From positions 18,125,675 to 18,189,674 of the forward strand of contig JARFYF010000053.1 of assembly GCA_030265395.1 (NCBI GenBank): a DNA stretch of 64,000 nucleotides, read 5' to 3'. Below the pieces are notes generated by a model that worked only from the letters and a program-made list of their open reading frames with translations, made no database searches and was not told the DNA's origin. Both the position numbers and the translations under genes were made by a program. Of the stretch, positions 13,101 to 26,344 are shown piece after piece. How positions within the stretch are numbered: position 1 is the first letter of the stretch; each line of letters opens with the position of its first letter. The DNA is from Rhina ancylostomus. Taxonomy: Eukaryota.

Positions 13101-13855
13101 ACCAGACATGGCACCCAGTCTTTGCAAAAGTAGAAGTTCTGTGCTAAACTTCATTCAAAATAAAGCAACATGCTGTGAATTTCTTAAAGATTCAATTATT
13201 CAGGCAATGCTTTCATATCTGCAATATTTATGTCATTTGGTATTCCACAGCTCTTTAACAAACTGCATATGCAGCATGAAATAAAGCTTTTAAAAGCTTT
13301 GTGGAGTGTAATGTTACGTGTGTCCCAGGAGAAGATTCCATTGTGTGGAGCAAGTAGCAGAGAGCTCATGAAATATTTAAATTATATTGTCAGAAGAATA
13401 AGGGGGGGGGGGGGGGGACGNNNNNNNNNNNNNNNNNNNNNNNNNNNNNNNNNNNNNNNNNNNNNNNNNNNNNNNNNNNNNNNNNNNNNNNNNNNNNNNN
13501 NNNNNNNNNNNNNNNNNNNNAGCAAAAAAAAAATCTCGCACAGATGAAAGCAAGGTTTTTGACAGATTCAATTATTTTGCTAATTTTCCACATGTGCCTT
13601 TGTTAAGCACTCTGTGATTACATGCCACTGATATTTAATCACAGGCTCAAATCATTTGCATGATGAAAGAAACTTCAAATCTAAGGGAAATCCCCAAAAC
13701 ACAGAAGTGACTATTATAACAATTATTCAAATAATAAATGATTATAGTTCAAGGTTATTTGGTCATGAAATCTGCCACCATGGCTGATGATGTAGTTATG
13801 TTTATAGCCTGTAGGTGGTGTTTGAACACTTCAAATGGAGGACGCACACATCTTA

Positions 13856-14410
13856 AATAAAAACAGATAATGCTCAGCAGGGCAGGCTGCATCTGTAGGA
13901 AGAGGAGCAGAGGTAATGCTTCAGGTTGAAGACCCTTTTTTAGAGTAAAGAAGCTTGTTAAGACTCAAAATTGAACTCGACAACTTCCGATAACTTGATT
14001 TGTCTGTCTGCATCAGTGCTCCACCTGTGACATTGGCTCAGCTTGATTTTCTTTTCCCTTTTTCTCTGTTAAAGTGAAGAAGGTGACCAGCCTGACCTGC
14101 TGGGCTTGCCCTTCTGCTCTGCATTTTGCAACTCCTACCTAATCTTATCCATGTTCTTTTGTCTGTGTTCTCACTCCCTAATTGCTCATATTCACCCTTT
14201 GACTTTTACAGCTTATTCCCTCTGTCACCCCAGATTTATCCTACCGGAGTCATCCCCCCTTCTGCACCCTCGCTGCAGCTGAACAAGCTTCTCTCGTCTC
14301 CTTCTCAGTTCTGACAAAGATCTTTGTTCTGGAACATTAACTAGATACGGCCTGAACTGCTGAGCACTTACAGCATTTTCTGTTTTTCAACATCTGTTGT
14401 ATTTTTTGAT
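13856..14410. mobile_element. Inverted pair of PLE-type termini with decayed interior
   Basis: Minus unit 13856-13945 (ctcagcagggcaggctgcatctgt...ttcaggttgaagaccc); plus unit ~14300-14410 (cagttctgacaaaga...cctgaactgctgagcacttacagcattttctgttttt). Confidence 0.6.
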
Positions 14411-15329
14411 TCTTGCATCTTCTTCTTGCCCACACGTATATCTGCTTTACCCAAGCATGACACATGCAGTGTGGAGTGCCAGCAGAGCAGATAATGATGT
14501 CCAACTTGTGGCAGTACTTCCAATAAGCACAGCAGGCCTAAAAGAGCAGCATCAAATCTTTTGTTTCGTTGAGTGGATCTGGGTTTCATCAGAGTGCTTT
14601 GCAATTCTTCTGACCAGACTATCACACAGGAACAAGTGCCAATTATGATGCCGTCTGGTTTGCTTTAAGCATCCTGCTGGATCAGGAAAAATGCATTGTG
14701 GGCTAATGCATTAAGATCAGCTTCAGTATTTAGATCCAAGAAATTGTTAACTAATATCCTGCTGGTCCAAGACAATGTGTTGAGCCACAGCTGGTTCAAC
14801 AACATCACGGTACTAAAAGTCTCTCTGACTGCTGCCAACCAGCCACCAAATAAAACAATACCAATGGAAGGATCCATGGTTTTAGCAGATGGGAAGAAGA
14901 AAACAATATTTAGGTGCACCTGCACACCATATCATTAACCAATAAAAAAATTCATTTCATTTTGTTCATCAGTTACAGAACAATCTTTGTAAAATTGCTT
15001 TGAGTACTGCATACATATGATGTTACTTTATAATCACAAAGTCATCAAATCAATATAGCCTTTAACCTCAGGAATTAGACTAAATTTGTGCCATTACCAC
15101 ATTGATGAAGCAAAGAGATTTTTCTTGCTGCTAAGACTCCAATGTTAAGCTCAGAGTCACAATGTAACTGAACGGAGTGAAGATAAGCAAGTCTTCTCAG
15201 AAAATGTAAGTTATACTTTAGCTACTATTGAAGTATCTTGAACTGTTTTACTATATTCTGAAATGTTATTTCTCCTGTGTTCTCAGCTCTGAGAAGGTAT
15301 CCAGTGCATGATTTAGAAAAGGTTTTATG

Positions 15330-16012
15330 CAGGTACAGAGAGTGTTTGGAAAAGCTAACAGAAAGGGAGAGGATAGGTCACCTGAAGGAACCGTATGGTC
15401 GTCTATGTATGGAGCCATGGGAGATGTGCGAGGTCCTCATTGTCATGGAAGCCAGGGAATTCAGGGAAGAAAACACTAATGTCCTGAAACATATTGTCAT
15501 TACAAAAGAGGAAGTATTGATAGTTTTGATGTGCACAGGGGCAAACAAATCCCCAGAGCCTTACCAATTGTATCCTAGGATGTTGTGGGAAGCAAGCAAA
15601 GAAATCTCCTGGCAGAGATTTTTGTATCTTCCTTGGCCATAGGTGAGGTACTAGAAGAATGGAAGATGGCCAGTGTTGTGTCTTTGTTTCAGACGAGCCT
15701 GGGAACTATAGGCATATAAGTCTAACATCAGTGATGTGATAGTTACTGAGTGGGATTTTGAGAGATAGGATCAATCTGCATTTGGAAAGGCAAGAACTGA
15801 TTAGGGGTAGTCAGCATGGTTTTGTGCATGGGAACTCATGTCTCATGAATTTGATTGAGTTTAGAAGACTTTTGGATAGATTCATGGATAGGCAAGGTCC
15901 CAAGGGAAATGGGCCAAATTCAGGCAAATGGCACTAGCTCGGGAAGGCACCTTGGTCAGCATGGACGTTGGGATGAAGAACCTGTTTTGATGCTCTATAA
16001 GAGATCTATGAC
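15330..16012 (+). mobile_element. Decayed, internally deleted CR1 LINE
   Basis: KSPEPYQLYPRMLWEA, EEWKMASVVSLF and SQHGFV motifs, then a CR1 tail. Confidence 0.8.
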
Positions 16013-16074
16013 ACTATGGCTCTCGGGGGCCCAAACAGGAAAATAGGGAGGGTATGCTTCAGTAACAAAGGGCA

Positions 16075-16570
16075 CTGGAGTACTATGTACAGTATTGGTC
16101 TCCTTATTTAAGGAAAGATGTAAGAGTATTGGAAGCAGTTCAGAAAAGATTTACTAGACCAATACCTGGAATGGGAGCATTGTCCTTTGAGGATAATTGG
16201 ACAGGCTAATCTTGTATCCAGATGAGAAGGTCATGATTGAAACACGTGTTCTTGTGAGCTCTTGGTAGAGTGGATGGAGAGAGGATGTTTCTCCATATGA
16301 GAAAGCTAAAATTAGGGTCACTATTTCAAAAGAAAGAGTCATCCATTCAAGACAGGTGAAGTATTTTCTTTCTCTCAATATGCTATGAACCTTTGGAACT
16401 CTCTTCCTCAAAGGACAATGAAAGCAGATGCTTTGAATATTTTTAAAGCTAGATAGATACTTGATGATCTAGGGTTGAAAGATTATTGCAAGTAAATAGA
16501 ATGACATGATCTTACTTGAGGAGGTTTGAGGAACCGCATGGTCTGGTCTTGTCCTAATTCATATGTTCTT
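16075..16570 (+). mobile_element. CR1 LINE 3' end (second subfamily)
   Basis: ctggagtactatgtacagtattggtctcct (LEYCVQFWSP-like) and downstream tail. Confidence 0.8.
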
Positions 16571-16659
16571 GACCTTGTTAAAGAGATTTTGCAAGTGTAA
16601 TTTTTTTTGGTTGCCTAATTCCATTATCAGGTCAACCTGCAAATCTTTATTTCCACTAC

Positions 16660-17299
16660 ATCTTCCACAGGGAGTCACACTCCAATGCTCTGATGTGGTG
16701 GAGTGTAGTACAGGGGTAATATGGATGCTATCTCAGTGCAAGCAGCCAGGTACATTTACAGAATGGTGCAATGATCCATTCTCATGGATGTAGATAAGGA
16801 GCCTCTGAGTTAGTTTTCAGAGATCAATAACAAAGACTCAAATTTTTCTCATCAAATTAAAATCATTTGCTAGTTCATGTAAAAGTGGGGTGACACATAG
16901 CAATCAATTACTGGAATTATCCATTGCAAATAAGCATTGAAAGAGGGTGGGTGGGTTAGAATGTGTGCAGGTGACTCATTTTTGTTTTTTACTTTACCAT
17001 TGGATCACAGATCCTTCCATTTACTTCACGCTTCTGATATTGTTATTTTATTGTGAAGATTCCCCAATGTCACTGCTGTATTAAGCCAGGTTACAGACAT
17101 GTTGCAGTGATTGGTAAGGACATAGGGGAAAGATCTTTGGCTGACCTGAGATCAGTGGTCATCTGCCCTTGAGCCATATTAGAAGAAACAACATGGCCCT
17201 GGCCACAATCTTCCATTGGGAGTCACACTCCAGTGCTTTGGTGGAGTGTTGTACAGGTGCTCTCTCAGTTTGAGCAGCTGGGTACATTTACGGAATAGT
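16660..17299 (+). repeat. ~100 bp direct repeat (16660-16767, 17208-17299), each copy containing an ACACTCCA/TGGAGTGT hairpin
   Basis: Direct sequence comparison of the two copies. Confidence 0.85.
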
Positions 17300-17669
17300 T
17301 TTGACAGCTAATGAGTCTTTATGCAGCTCAAAGCATTCAAAAAAAATCACTTGGTTTGTCAAAAATGCAGCTAATGTTAAATAAAACAACTTAATGTCTT
17401 GAAACAAATTAGAAAGCATACTCAAACCCTAGAAAATAATTTAATACATTGAAACAGATTTAATTTATTTTTAAATGTTCCTTTTAACTTTTGCATAATT
17501 GCTGATTTCTCCCATTCATCTGAATGGTACTGCTCCCGTGTAACAAGTTAAACTTTCCACAGACTCAGCGAGTCGGATTCCAGCCAGGGAGCTGTNNNNN
17601 NNNNNNNNNNNNNNNNNNNNNNNNNNNNNNNNNNNNNNNNNNNNNNNNNNNNNNNNCAGGTCGAAACGT

Positions 17670-17762
17670 ACCAATCTGATGAAGAGTCATCAATCGGAAG
17701 ATTCTTTTCCCACTGATGTGGCCTGGTTGTTGTGTAGTTGCAGCATTTTCTGGTTTTATTTT
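17670..17762 (+). mobile_element. Decayed PLE-type terminus
   Basis: CTGATGAagagtcat...ttcccactgatgtggcctgg...cagcattttctggttttattt. Confidence 0.5.
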
Positions 17763-18214
17763 GAAAGATGCTTTCACTGGTTTTAAACTCATGCCAGAGC
17801 TCAGCAATGGCACTCTTTCTGAGAAATACCAGCAGGTCAATGAATTAGCTCTACCGCTGGGGTGAAAGAACAGTTCCAGTAACTAACAATGTTGTCAGTC
17901 CACCACAACTGCTTGCTTATGACCAACCCTTAATCCACAGTTTGGTCTGAAAGCCTGAGAACTTATGAGTAAATACACCTACATGTGAACTGTGAATAAA
18001 CACACCCACAAGTGACCTACTAAATATATTGCAAACAGTACATTTACTGTTTGGGTGTATTATTATTTAATTTCAAATTCATTTCAGTTTACCAGAAGGA
18101 AATTCCAGTGGGGATTCTCCCCCTTGTCTGCCAAAATGTCAGTGGTGTACTGTTTTCTCAGCAAACCCATCCCTTTTTTTGCTTAAGCCACAGTGGATAG
18201 GCAAGAGAACCCCT

Positions 18215-19140
18215 CACAGAAATGACAGATGACAGCGGTATTGGTGGTGTAGCAGACAGGTGACACCAACATTGGTGGGATAGTGGATAGCCAATAAAAT
18301 TGTTAAAGGTTACAAGAGGAAATAGATCAACCGGGAAAGTGGGCAAGGGAACGGCAGATGGAATTTAACTTGGACTGGTGTGAAGTTATGCGGTTTGGTA
18401 AGTTAAACCAGGGAAGGACAGATGCAGTGAATGACAGGTTCCTGGGAAATGTGGTTAAACAGAGAGGCCTTAGGACATGAGTACATAGTTCCCTGAAAAT
18501 GGTAACACAGTTATGGTGGCAAATAAAGCATATGGCATGCTTATCTTCATCAGCTGAGGCATTGAGTACAAGAGTTGGGACACCATTTTGTAGTTGTACA
18601 AAATGATGGTCAGCCCACACTTGGAGTATTGTGTACAGTTCTGATTGCCACGTTACAGGAAAGATGTGTTTAAGCAAGAGAGGGCAAAGCAAAATTCACA
18701 AGGATGTTGTCTGGATTGAAGCACCTTGAGTTGTAAGGAGAGATTGGAGAGAGGTCTATTTTCCCTGGAGTAAAGGAAGCGGAGAGGTGACATGATAGAG
18801 GCATATAAGATTATAAGGGGCACAGATAGGGTAAAGAGACACTGTTTCCCATTTCTAAAATGACATGGCATAGTTTTAAGGTAAAAGGAAGGAGGTTAAA
18901 GAGGATCTGGGGGTAAATATTTCACACAGAGAATAGTTGATATCTGGAGTGAGCTGCCAGAGGAGGTGGGGGAGGCAGGAACAGTAACAACATTTAAAAG
19001 GGACCTGGATAGACACCTGAATGAGCAAGGTATAGAATTAATACAGGCAAGTGGGGTTAGTATAGAATGGGCACGATGATTGGCATTGAGTGCAGGTGGG
19101 CTGAAGGGTCTTTTTCCACGCTATATATCTCCATGACTCA
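18215..19140 (+). mobile_element. CR1/HER1-like LINE 3' ~0.9 kb
   Basis: WQMEFN..CEV, LEYCVQF.LP and RGDMIEAYKI motifs with stops and frameshifts; canonical tail. Confidence 0.9.
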
Positions 19141-21624
19141 CTGACAGAATATCCATTCACCTCAATTTTAGATGTTCCTTATTCAGTTAATTCACTGAAA
19201 AATGACTAAAACTGAAACTCTTAAACCAATTTCCAGCTACACCCACTGTATCTATTCCAAATAACTGAAAAATATAAGTTGATAAAGCTTCATAAACAAA
19301 ACCTTATTTGCTTCTGTCGCAGTTATGGAGCTTCAGCATTTTATATAATCTATTCACAAACTAATTGTGATGAAGATTGCTATTAGATCTGTAAGAAAGT
19401 ATGTGTTCCTGCTATTTTAATATAAATTCCAAGTGTAAATTTATGATGTGAAGAAACAGTGGAGGAAATAGATTACTAATGGTGTGAATATAGAATTATC
19501 AGGATGTAGCAGTTACAGAAATTCACATGGGAGCAATTTCATTTAAGTTGACTAGATTTCATTTTAAATTGTTATTATGTTGGAATTATGCTGCATGATA
19601 TTAGTTTAAAAGTGCTTAATGTGCCTTTTTCTCTTACATTTTACTTAAAAGAAACATGAAAGGTAAACATGATTCAACTTGAAAGAGAAAGACTGGCAAA
19701 TATTACTCCAGGGCTCAGGTATTGATGTTTTTTTTAATTGGCAATATTCCATGCACCCCTTTCAACATCCCACGAACTATGAAGCACCTTGGGAAATTTT
19801 ACCATGCCTTTTAAAAAAACTGATTTACATCTTCACACTTGCACAGAGCTTTTTATAAGTGAAAGGCTTCAAAGACTAAGTGAAAGTACAAAGAGGTTGA
19901 ATTCAAGGAGGTGGAAGTTTGTCCTTGGTTGCTTGCACTAAATGTTTTTCCACCCATTCTAAAACTTTGTTCCAAAGTACAAAACAGTTTCAGAAATCAT
20001 CACCAAATCAAGTATTTAGCATTTCTGACTAAGGATGAATTTCTGCTTCATGGTGTTTAAGAGTAGATGGCAGAAAACATAAGTAACTCTTTTCACAAGC
20101 CCACATGTAACATGCTTTGCAAATGGAACAGATTGGTGCTTTTGGCTGTTAAATCACAAATGACTGATGAAATAAAGCTCAATAAAAAATTCAAGTCCTT
20201 CACATTGAAATGCAACATCCTATCAGGACAAACAAATCTGATGATTCCTTTGTCCTTGTGGGATCTTGGTTCATTATCTAAGGGCAAAACCATGGTGAGT
20301 TCTGACTAATAATAAAAAAAGCAATGCCAAAATTATCTTGTTAATCAGCATTGATGGATTTTTTAAATATTTTAAATGATAGTTCTGTTTCAGTTTTTAT
20401 TACTAACTTGGGACTGGATTTTGCTTGAGGCAACTAGTAATGGATGGTTAAATCCATTTCAACCTCTCTTTTCAGTTTTCCATTACAAATGGTGTGTGCC
20501 ATATTACATCATTTAAATGTTCATCTGTGATTGATGTGGTAGGGTGCAAGCTACATTTTGCAACAGCGGCTGGTGGCAAGATGGGATAAAATCTGGATGA
20601 GCACCAGATTATTTGCTGACAGTTCAGTTGCATGCAGAAATCATTAAATCCAAAGCAGGAACTCCATTACGGCCAGCAACAAACCAAGCCAAAGATAAGC
20701 ATTCTAATACAAACCGCTTTAGTCCCCACGAACTTCTTGCAGTGAAAGTTGAGTGACACTTTTCCTTATCCTAATGAGAGTTAAATTGCACTTGTGTTAG
20801 TCACCATCAGTGAAAGTGGAAATGTACAACTACTCTATTAGCAAAGGACTACAAGACAAAATGTCATTTTGAGGGTAGATCCACCAGCAGAGTGGCAACA
20901 TTTTAGGTTTTTATTTCAAAGTTGCATCATTTAGATTTTATTTTGACTCCTTATGGTTTCATTGCAATTTGCTACTTCTCAGGAGAAGTTTATCATCCTA
21001 TAGAAAGGGTTGTGGTAAACAGCATGAATTTTTATGGTCTTGTTAGATTGCTCAATAGAAAATAATGACTATTATTTCCCTTCTGATAAACAGAATTTAA
21101 TAGCTTCCTAGCTTTTCAGGTAGAAAATTAGCTTCTGCTACAAATCCTCTTTGCTCCATTTGGTATCAGGATTTTATAGTTGCACCAGCCAATCTTCAGC
21201 TCTTGCTGACAGTACATCAGAGGACAGTAACCAATAATTTTACTTGAATGGATAATATTTGGTAGATAAGTAACCTCCTGAGATACTTTGAGTCTTGCCT
21301 TTTTCAGCTCTTCAGATATCTGAGATATTATGTCCATCGGCAATTCTTTCTAACCACTGATGGTAGCATTTAACCATAAAAATATGCTTTCCCCCCCCCA
21401 TTTCTTCTTTATTCTGACACCATAAAAATTTCTAAGTCAACAGAAGAGATTTATTTTGTTGTATTTATATTGTACAACACTTCTAATGTAATTCTTGGCT
21501 GCGAGTCCTTGCACTGTGCCAATACATGCCTGAAACAGGTACTTGAACTATAACGACCTGGTGAGAAGGGGAACAACCAATAATTGAGACAGATTTACCA
21601 CCAGCATATCCGAGCAAGATGGCA

Positions 21625-21738
21625 TGCTTGGCATCCTACATTACAATAGTAGGTACACTTTAGAAATACTTCATTAGTTGTCAAGCACTTGAGATGTCCT
21701 GATATGATGAAATGAATTAAACAGATACAAGTTCTTTT
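21625..21738 (+). mobile_element. Deu-SINE (SacSINE1/AmnSINE1-like) 3' part
   Basis: cctacattacaatagt...acactttagaaatacttcattagttgtcaagcacttgagatgtcctga. Confidence 0.65.
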
Positions 21739-22659
21739 TACATTGGTTTTGATGAATTACTCATTTTGATCACAATTCCTGCAGTCAATGCTGTTTTGCT
21801 GGGAAGAAAGCATAGTCACTTTGAGCTGACGCTATTGTAATGTATTTGGAATCAAAAATAGTCCAGAGAGAATTATTCTATCAGTTTTGAAAGCTAAATA
21901 TAAAGTATACACTGCTTAATAGCCTATACATGAAACAAAAGCCCTCTGTATCTTCAAAGGCCTGTTATTTCAAAAATAGAGAAATTGCCACAACTGAGCA
22001 TAAAACATCATATGACTGACTAAATGTGACTTGCTAAATTTATCAGTTACATAACAAGGGTCCTTTTTTAGCTGGAGTTACTTCTCATTGAATGGAAAAT
22101 TTGCACTGTAAACATTGCACGGCTGTGTAGAATTTCTTTGATTTTTTTTCCACCCAAAACACTAAAAGCTAGTTGTATTTGGTGATAATCAGCACCATAC
22201 CAATAGATTGGTCACCTCAGAAAGGAGCTTTCTCAACCCAATGTTCAGCTATTTATAAAAAAAGGTGAGTTAAACCTCAAGAAAAATTTTAACATGAATT
22301 AACCAATATAATATCTCATATTTAGAGAGTTCTACTTAAATAGAATGCTCCAAAGTGGTTTACCAGAGAGCACAAACACTAAACAGCAGACAGGACAGAT
22401 TAACAAGGCTGGTTGACAACTGGTGTAGATTACATTGACAAACTATCACTGCATCAAATGATTTAACCATCTCTTTCTCTGACATCAAAGACACAAATTA
22501 CAATTTTCTTTCTTGGAATATGATTTTCCCAAACAACTCTAAACCTTTTACCTCTAATAAAGTAATCCTCCACTGCTTCTTTCCAGTTCAGAACTAACTC
22601 CATGTCAACATACTATATTTACACACAAATATAAGAGATGATCAAATGGTTGATAAGAT

Positions 22660-23134
22660 ACAAGATATTTATTTTTTCTCACATGTGCCTCGAAACACAC
22701 AATGAAATTGTCACAATGTTGATCCAGAGCAAACTCAGAACCCAAATGCGGCACACTGATACAAGACTGGAGACAGGGTACTTCCTCAGGACAAACACAG
22801 GCAGTAACTGGAAGGAATCTTGCCNNNNNNNNNNNNNNNNNNNNNNNNNNNNNNNNNNNNNNNNNNNNNNNNNNNNNNNNNNNNNNNNNNNNNNNNNNNN
22901 NNNNNNNNNNNNNNNNNNNNNNNNGAATGTACTGGGGGCAGCCCGCAAGTGTCGCCAGCATAACATGCTCAACTCCTAGCCCGTACGTCTTTGGAATGTG
23001 GGAGGAAACCTGAGCACCCAGAGCTCCATGCAGACATGGGCAGAATGTACAAACTCTTTAGAGACAGCTGCGGGCATTGACCCTGGTTGCTGGTGCTGTA
23101 ATAGAGTTATGCTAACCACTATGCTACCATGCCA
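22660..23134 (-). mobile_element. V-SINE with Rex1-like tail, interrupted by an LTR insertion
   Basis: Collinear with the intact copy at 28205-28481 on both sides of the 22709 insertion and gap. Confidence 0.85.
22709..22824. mobile_element. LTR (left part; remainder in gap)
   Basis: Starts TGTCACA; highly similar to 24557-24676. Confidence 0.75.
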
Positions 23135-23799
23135 AAGCCTTTGCTGCTTCATAAGCTGAGCACATCATTATATGGAAGTAATGGTTCTGATTTTAATGCC
23201 TATTACACCATTTATCAGGTATAGCATGATATTTTATTCAATTTTTTTTTGAGATGCAACCATGACTGGGAAGACCAGTACTTATTGCCCATCCTTAAAA
23301 GTTGTACTAATTGTCTATTATTGTGTTCAAAAGGATGCATTCAATTGTCCAGCCAAATGGCTTGCTTGTTGCTAATGCCATCACATAGCCCAATGCTTGA
23401 TTGTTTGGATTATCTCATGGGAGACCTTAACTGAGAGGGGGAACCACAGTGTTTGAGGACAGTGTCTTTAGGCAATAGGACATTTCTATTCCATCTATGG
23501 TATTTCTTTATGCATTTTTGGTTTTTATAAAAGTTATTCTGTTGGTAGTCATTAAAATTGATTGATCTGTAAATGTGGCCACTGGTGAACTGCCCACAGC
23601 CAGCACAGAGATACAGACAGACTTTGCATCAGTGATGTCTCCTCTATGAGAAACCAGACCGATCTAAATAGAAAGGACACATGAGGTGATAGAGCCTTAC
23701 AGGACACTATTCCATCAATAAAAAGAGTGGAAACAAGTCCTCAAAAAGGCTGCAGAAGTAAGAAGTGTGGTGTCAGGGAAGGAACCACAGAACATGCAT

Positions 23800-24556
23800 G
23801 ACTTCTGCAAGAAAAGTTTTAGTACTGAATCCCTTTGGACTAATCAGGTACATGTTTGGATGAGAATATGAAGACTTTCCACCACAGACATTGAGTTGTC
23901 CATAAATTATGGCTGCATCCAATGGGGTCACAAAGTAAACATGCCTAGATTTAACAAGTAGAGCAATGGATGTATCTCACCCAGAGCACTTAGACGTCAT
24001 TAATATAAAGGCTGCAGCTAATGATTTTTTTCTATTGGTGTAGTGTCTGAAAGAGTTAGCCAACAAATGCACAGTATGCCTCAGCTATCATTCACTGCCA
24101 CCAAGACTACCACTTCAAGCATGGAAGTGATTCTCAAGGCCATTCTAGTATGTCAATGTAGACTGGTGTGAGAAAAAAAATGGTGCTGTGGTATATTCAA
24201 GATGGATTGAGATAAAGCATATGAGGTTATGCACTGTTACAGGACATACTTTGGAGAAACTCAGTTTCACTTTTACAACACCTGGTGTTCCTGATGAGAT
24301 TGTACCAGAAAATTGTCTATGAATACAGCCCTTTCAACATGAACAATTTGCAAAAAGAAATAGCATTAAACATCATTCTACATTGTCTGGCCTCAAACAG
24401 AGAAGCTGAAAGTTAGCTCGAGGGAAAAGAGGCATTCTAGAAGCAAGTTAGGGAAAAGAGAACAAGTATAATAATGTATCATCAATGTTTGGATATTCTT
24501 TTAAATTAAGGATTGATGTTTCATTCTGCTACCAAGAATCCTCCTGATGCACAGAA
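23800..24556 (+). mobile_element. Highly decayed Gypsy-type pol (integrase) remnant
   Basis: ELSINYGCIQWG, H...H...CTVC, VNVDWCEK, YSRWIEI, GVPDEIVPEN, FAKRNSIKH and ASNREAE occur in the order expected for the integrase Zn finger and DDE core. Confidence 0.75.
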
Positions 24557-24912
24557 TGTCACAATATTGATCAAGAGCAAACTCACAGAGAACCCAAATG
24601 CAGCACACCGATACAAGACTGTAGTCAGGATACTTCCTCAGGACAAACGCAGGCAGTAACCGGAAGGAATCTTGCCTCAGAGATCAGAAGAGGAATCCCA
24701 ACACGAACTGGATCTTCACAAAGGAATAGAGAACACAGNNNNNNNNNNNNNNNNNNNNNNNNNNNNNNNNNNNNNNNNNNNNNNNNNNNNNNNNNNNNNN
24801 NNNNNNNNNNNNNNNNNNNNNNNNNNNNNNNNNNNNNNCAGCATGGAATCCATGTGCTGGACAACAAGGCATTAATGGAGCCAAATGAGGGCCAGAACTC
24901 AGAACCATGACA
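24557..24912. mobile_element. Solo LTR (or element collapsed in gap) with TGTCA...TGACA termini and 5-bp TSD CAGAA
   Basis: cagaa|TGTCACAA (24552-24556 then 24557) ... CCATGACA|cagaa (24912 then 24913-24917). Confidence 0.85.
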
Positions 24913-26344
24913 CAGAAGGTTTTGGGCACATCTGAGTCTGATTCACACAATCCTGTAAGGAAGGTGGATGGCAATTTAAATAAGGCATTTGCTATGAAAA
25001 AAAGAAGTTCAGCCTACAAGATAAGGTTTGTATTTTGTCTCCAGTCAGCGATGAGAAAACAGGATATCTGAGAGATTGTGGTGATATACTGTTTAAGAAT
25101 TATCTCTAATGAGCTGATGAGAGCTTCAGAAAGAATCATCTTGACCACTTGTAATATGTTACTGAAGAAAATAGCAAGGAAGTTTGTAAGTTTGACTATG
25201 CTCCTAAAGTAAAATCTATGACAAATCAAGAAGAAACAACACAGAACATCACAATGATAGCCAAGAATTGACACCTTCAACAAGTCCAGACATGGATGAT
25301 GCACTAACAACAACTGTAGAGCCTTTAAAGTCAACACAAGCAACATCAAAATAGTAAAAAAGAACAAAAAAGAATTCAAAACCTAATTTATCATGTAAAC
25401 TTTTAAATCAATCAATGTTATTAAATTAGTTATTAAATCTTTTCTGTGGTGTATATCTAAATGAATTTTATGTAATGGTGTGATATACTTGATAAAACGT
25501 GTGCACATGAATATTCTGAGTTCTTTTCAAATAACTGGGACACCCCTTCTGGAGCTCTCTCTATTTTCTGCACACTTTGCATGCAACTTCATGAAGAACT
25601 CACAAGGGCAAATACACTGCACAGTGCTGAAGTTATATAAAATGCATTTATAGGGAATGAAGCAAAGAAACCTTCAAGAACTGAACATTGTTGATGAAAA
25701 TTTGATTCTGTAAGCCAGAAAGGCAAAAACCATGGGAAAAAAGTATAACAATAACACATTTTGTTTACATCAGAACATTATACAATAAATCATGTTCACA
25801 TTTTTTTGGTAACATACAACTTTTATAACAGAAGGAAACTATTAAATTATTGACAGTGACCTTGTTAGAAGTCTGATTCAGAAAGTCTTATGATTTTGAG
25901 TCATTCATGATTTGCTGTGCAATGGTTTTTATTTCATATGATTCTACATGTTTGTTCTATTGGCTCAGATTTATTAAAACATATGGATTATTTTTGCTTC
26001 TGACTGTTACAGACCTATGAGGAACATAACTAACACAAAACATGAAATAAAGTTTGGACAAAGGGCAATGCAATTGAAATGGCAACAGTCTTTTTTTGAA
26101 TATTGACTTGGTCCCTTTCTAAAGTCAGCAGGAGACTGATCTTGGCCAATGTTGAAACCTCAACTCAACTCTTCCTGCAGCAGAGAACCAGCCTCTAATG
26201 GGAAATATAAATCTTCAGACAAACGTTTGTCTAAGCATTAATCAATATAAGCAGTCAAGCTCTGCTTCTTTTTGCTGTTTGGATTGGTTAAGTTGTTTCA
26301 AAATGATGATTCGAGGTGAGTATGAATAGACAGAAAATGCTGGT

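Noticed and set aside
13263-13300. Short perfect palindromes (ctgcatatgcag, aaagcttttaaaagcttt); also 9-bp hairpins near 7600 and 18040
   Set aside because: Short and low in complexity; plausible by chance in 64 kb of AT-rich DNA.
13401-13417. Poly-G run as a possible G-quadruplex
   Set aside because: It abuts a gap and its length is unreliable.
21272-21350. Protein-looking minus-strand peptide KELPMDIISQISEELKKARLKVSQE
   Set aside because: Weak splice signals and no recognisable homology.
22709-24912. Two similar LTRs flanking Gypsy pol sequence, resembling one intact LTR retrotransposon
   Set aside because: The second LTR has its own 5-bp TSD, the first sits inside a SINE whose halves continue on both sides, and the pol remnant is far more decayed than the LTRs.
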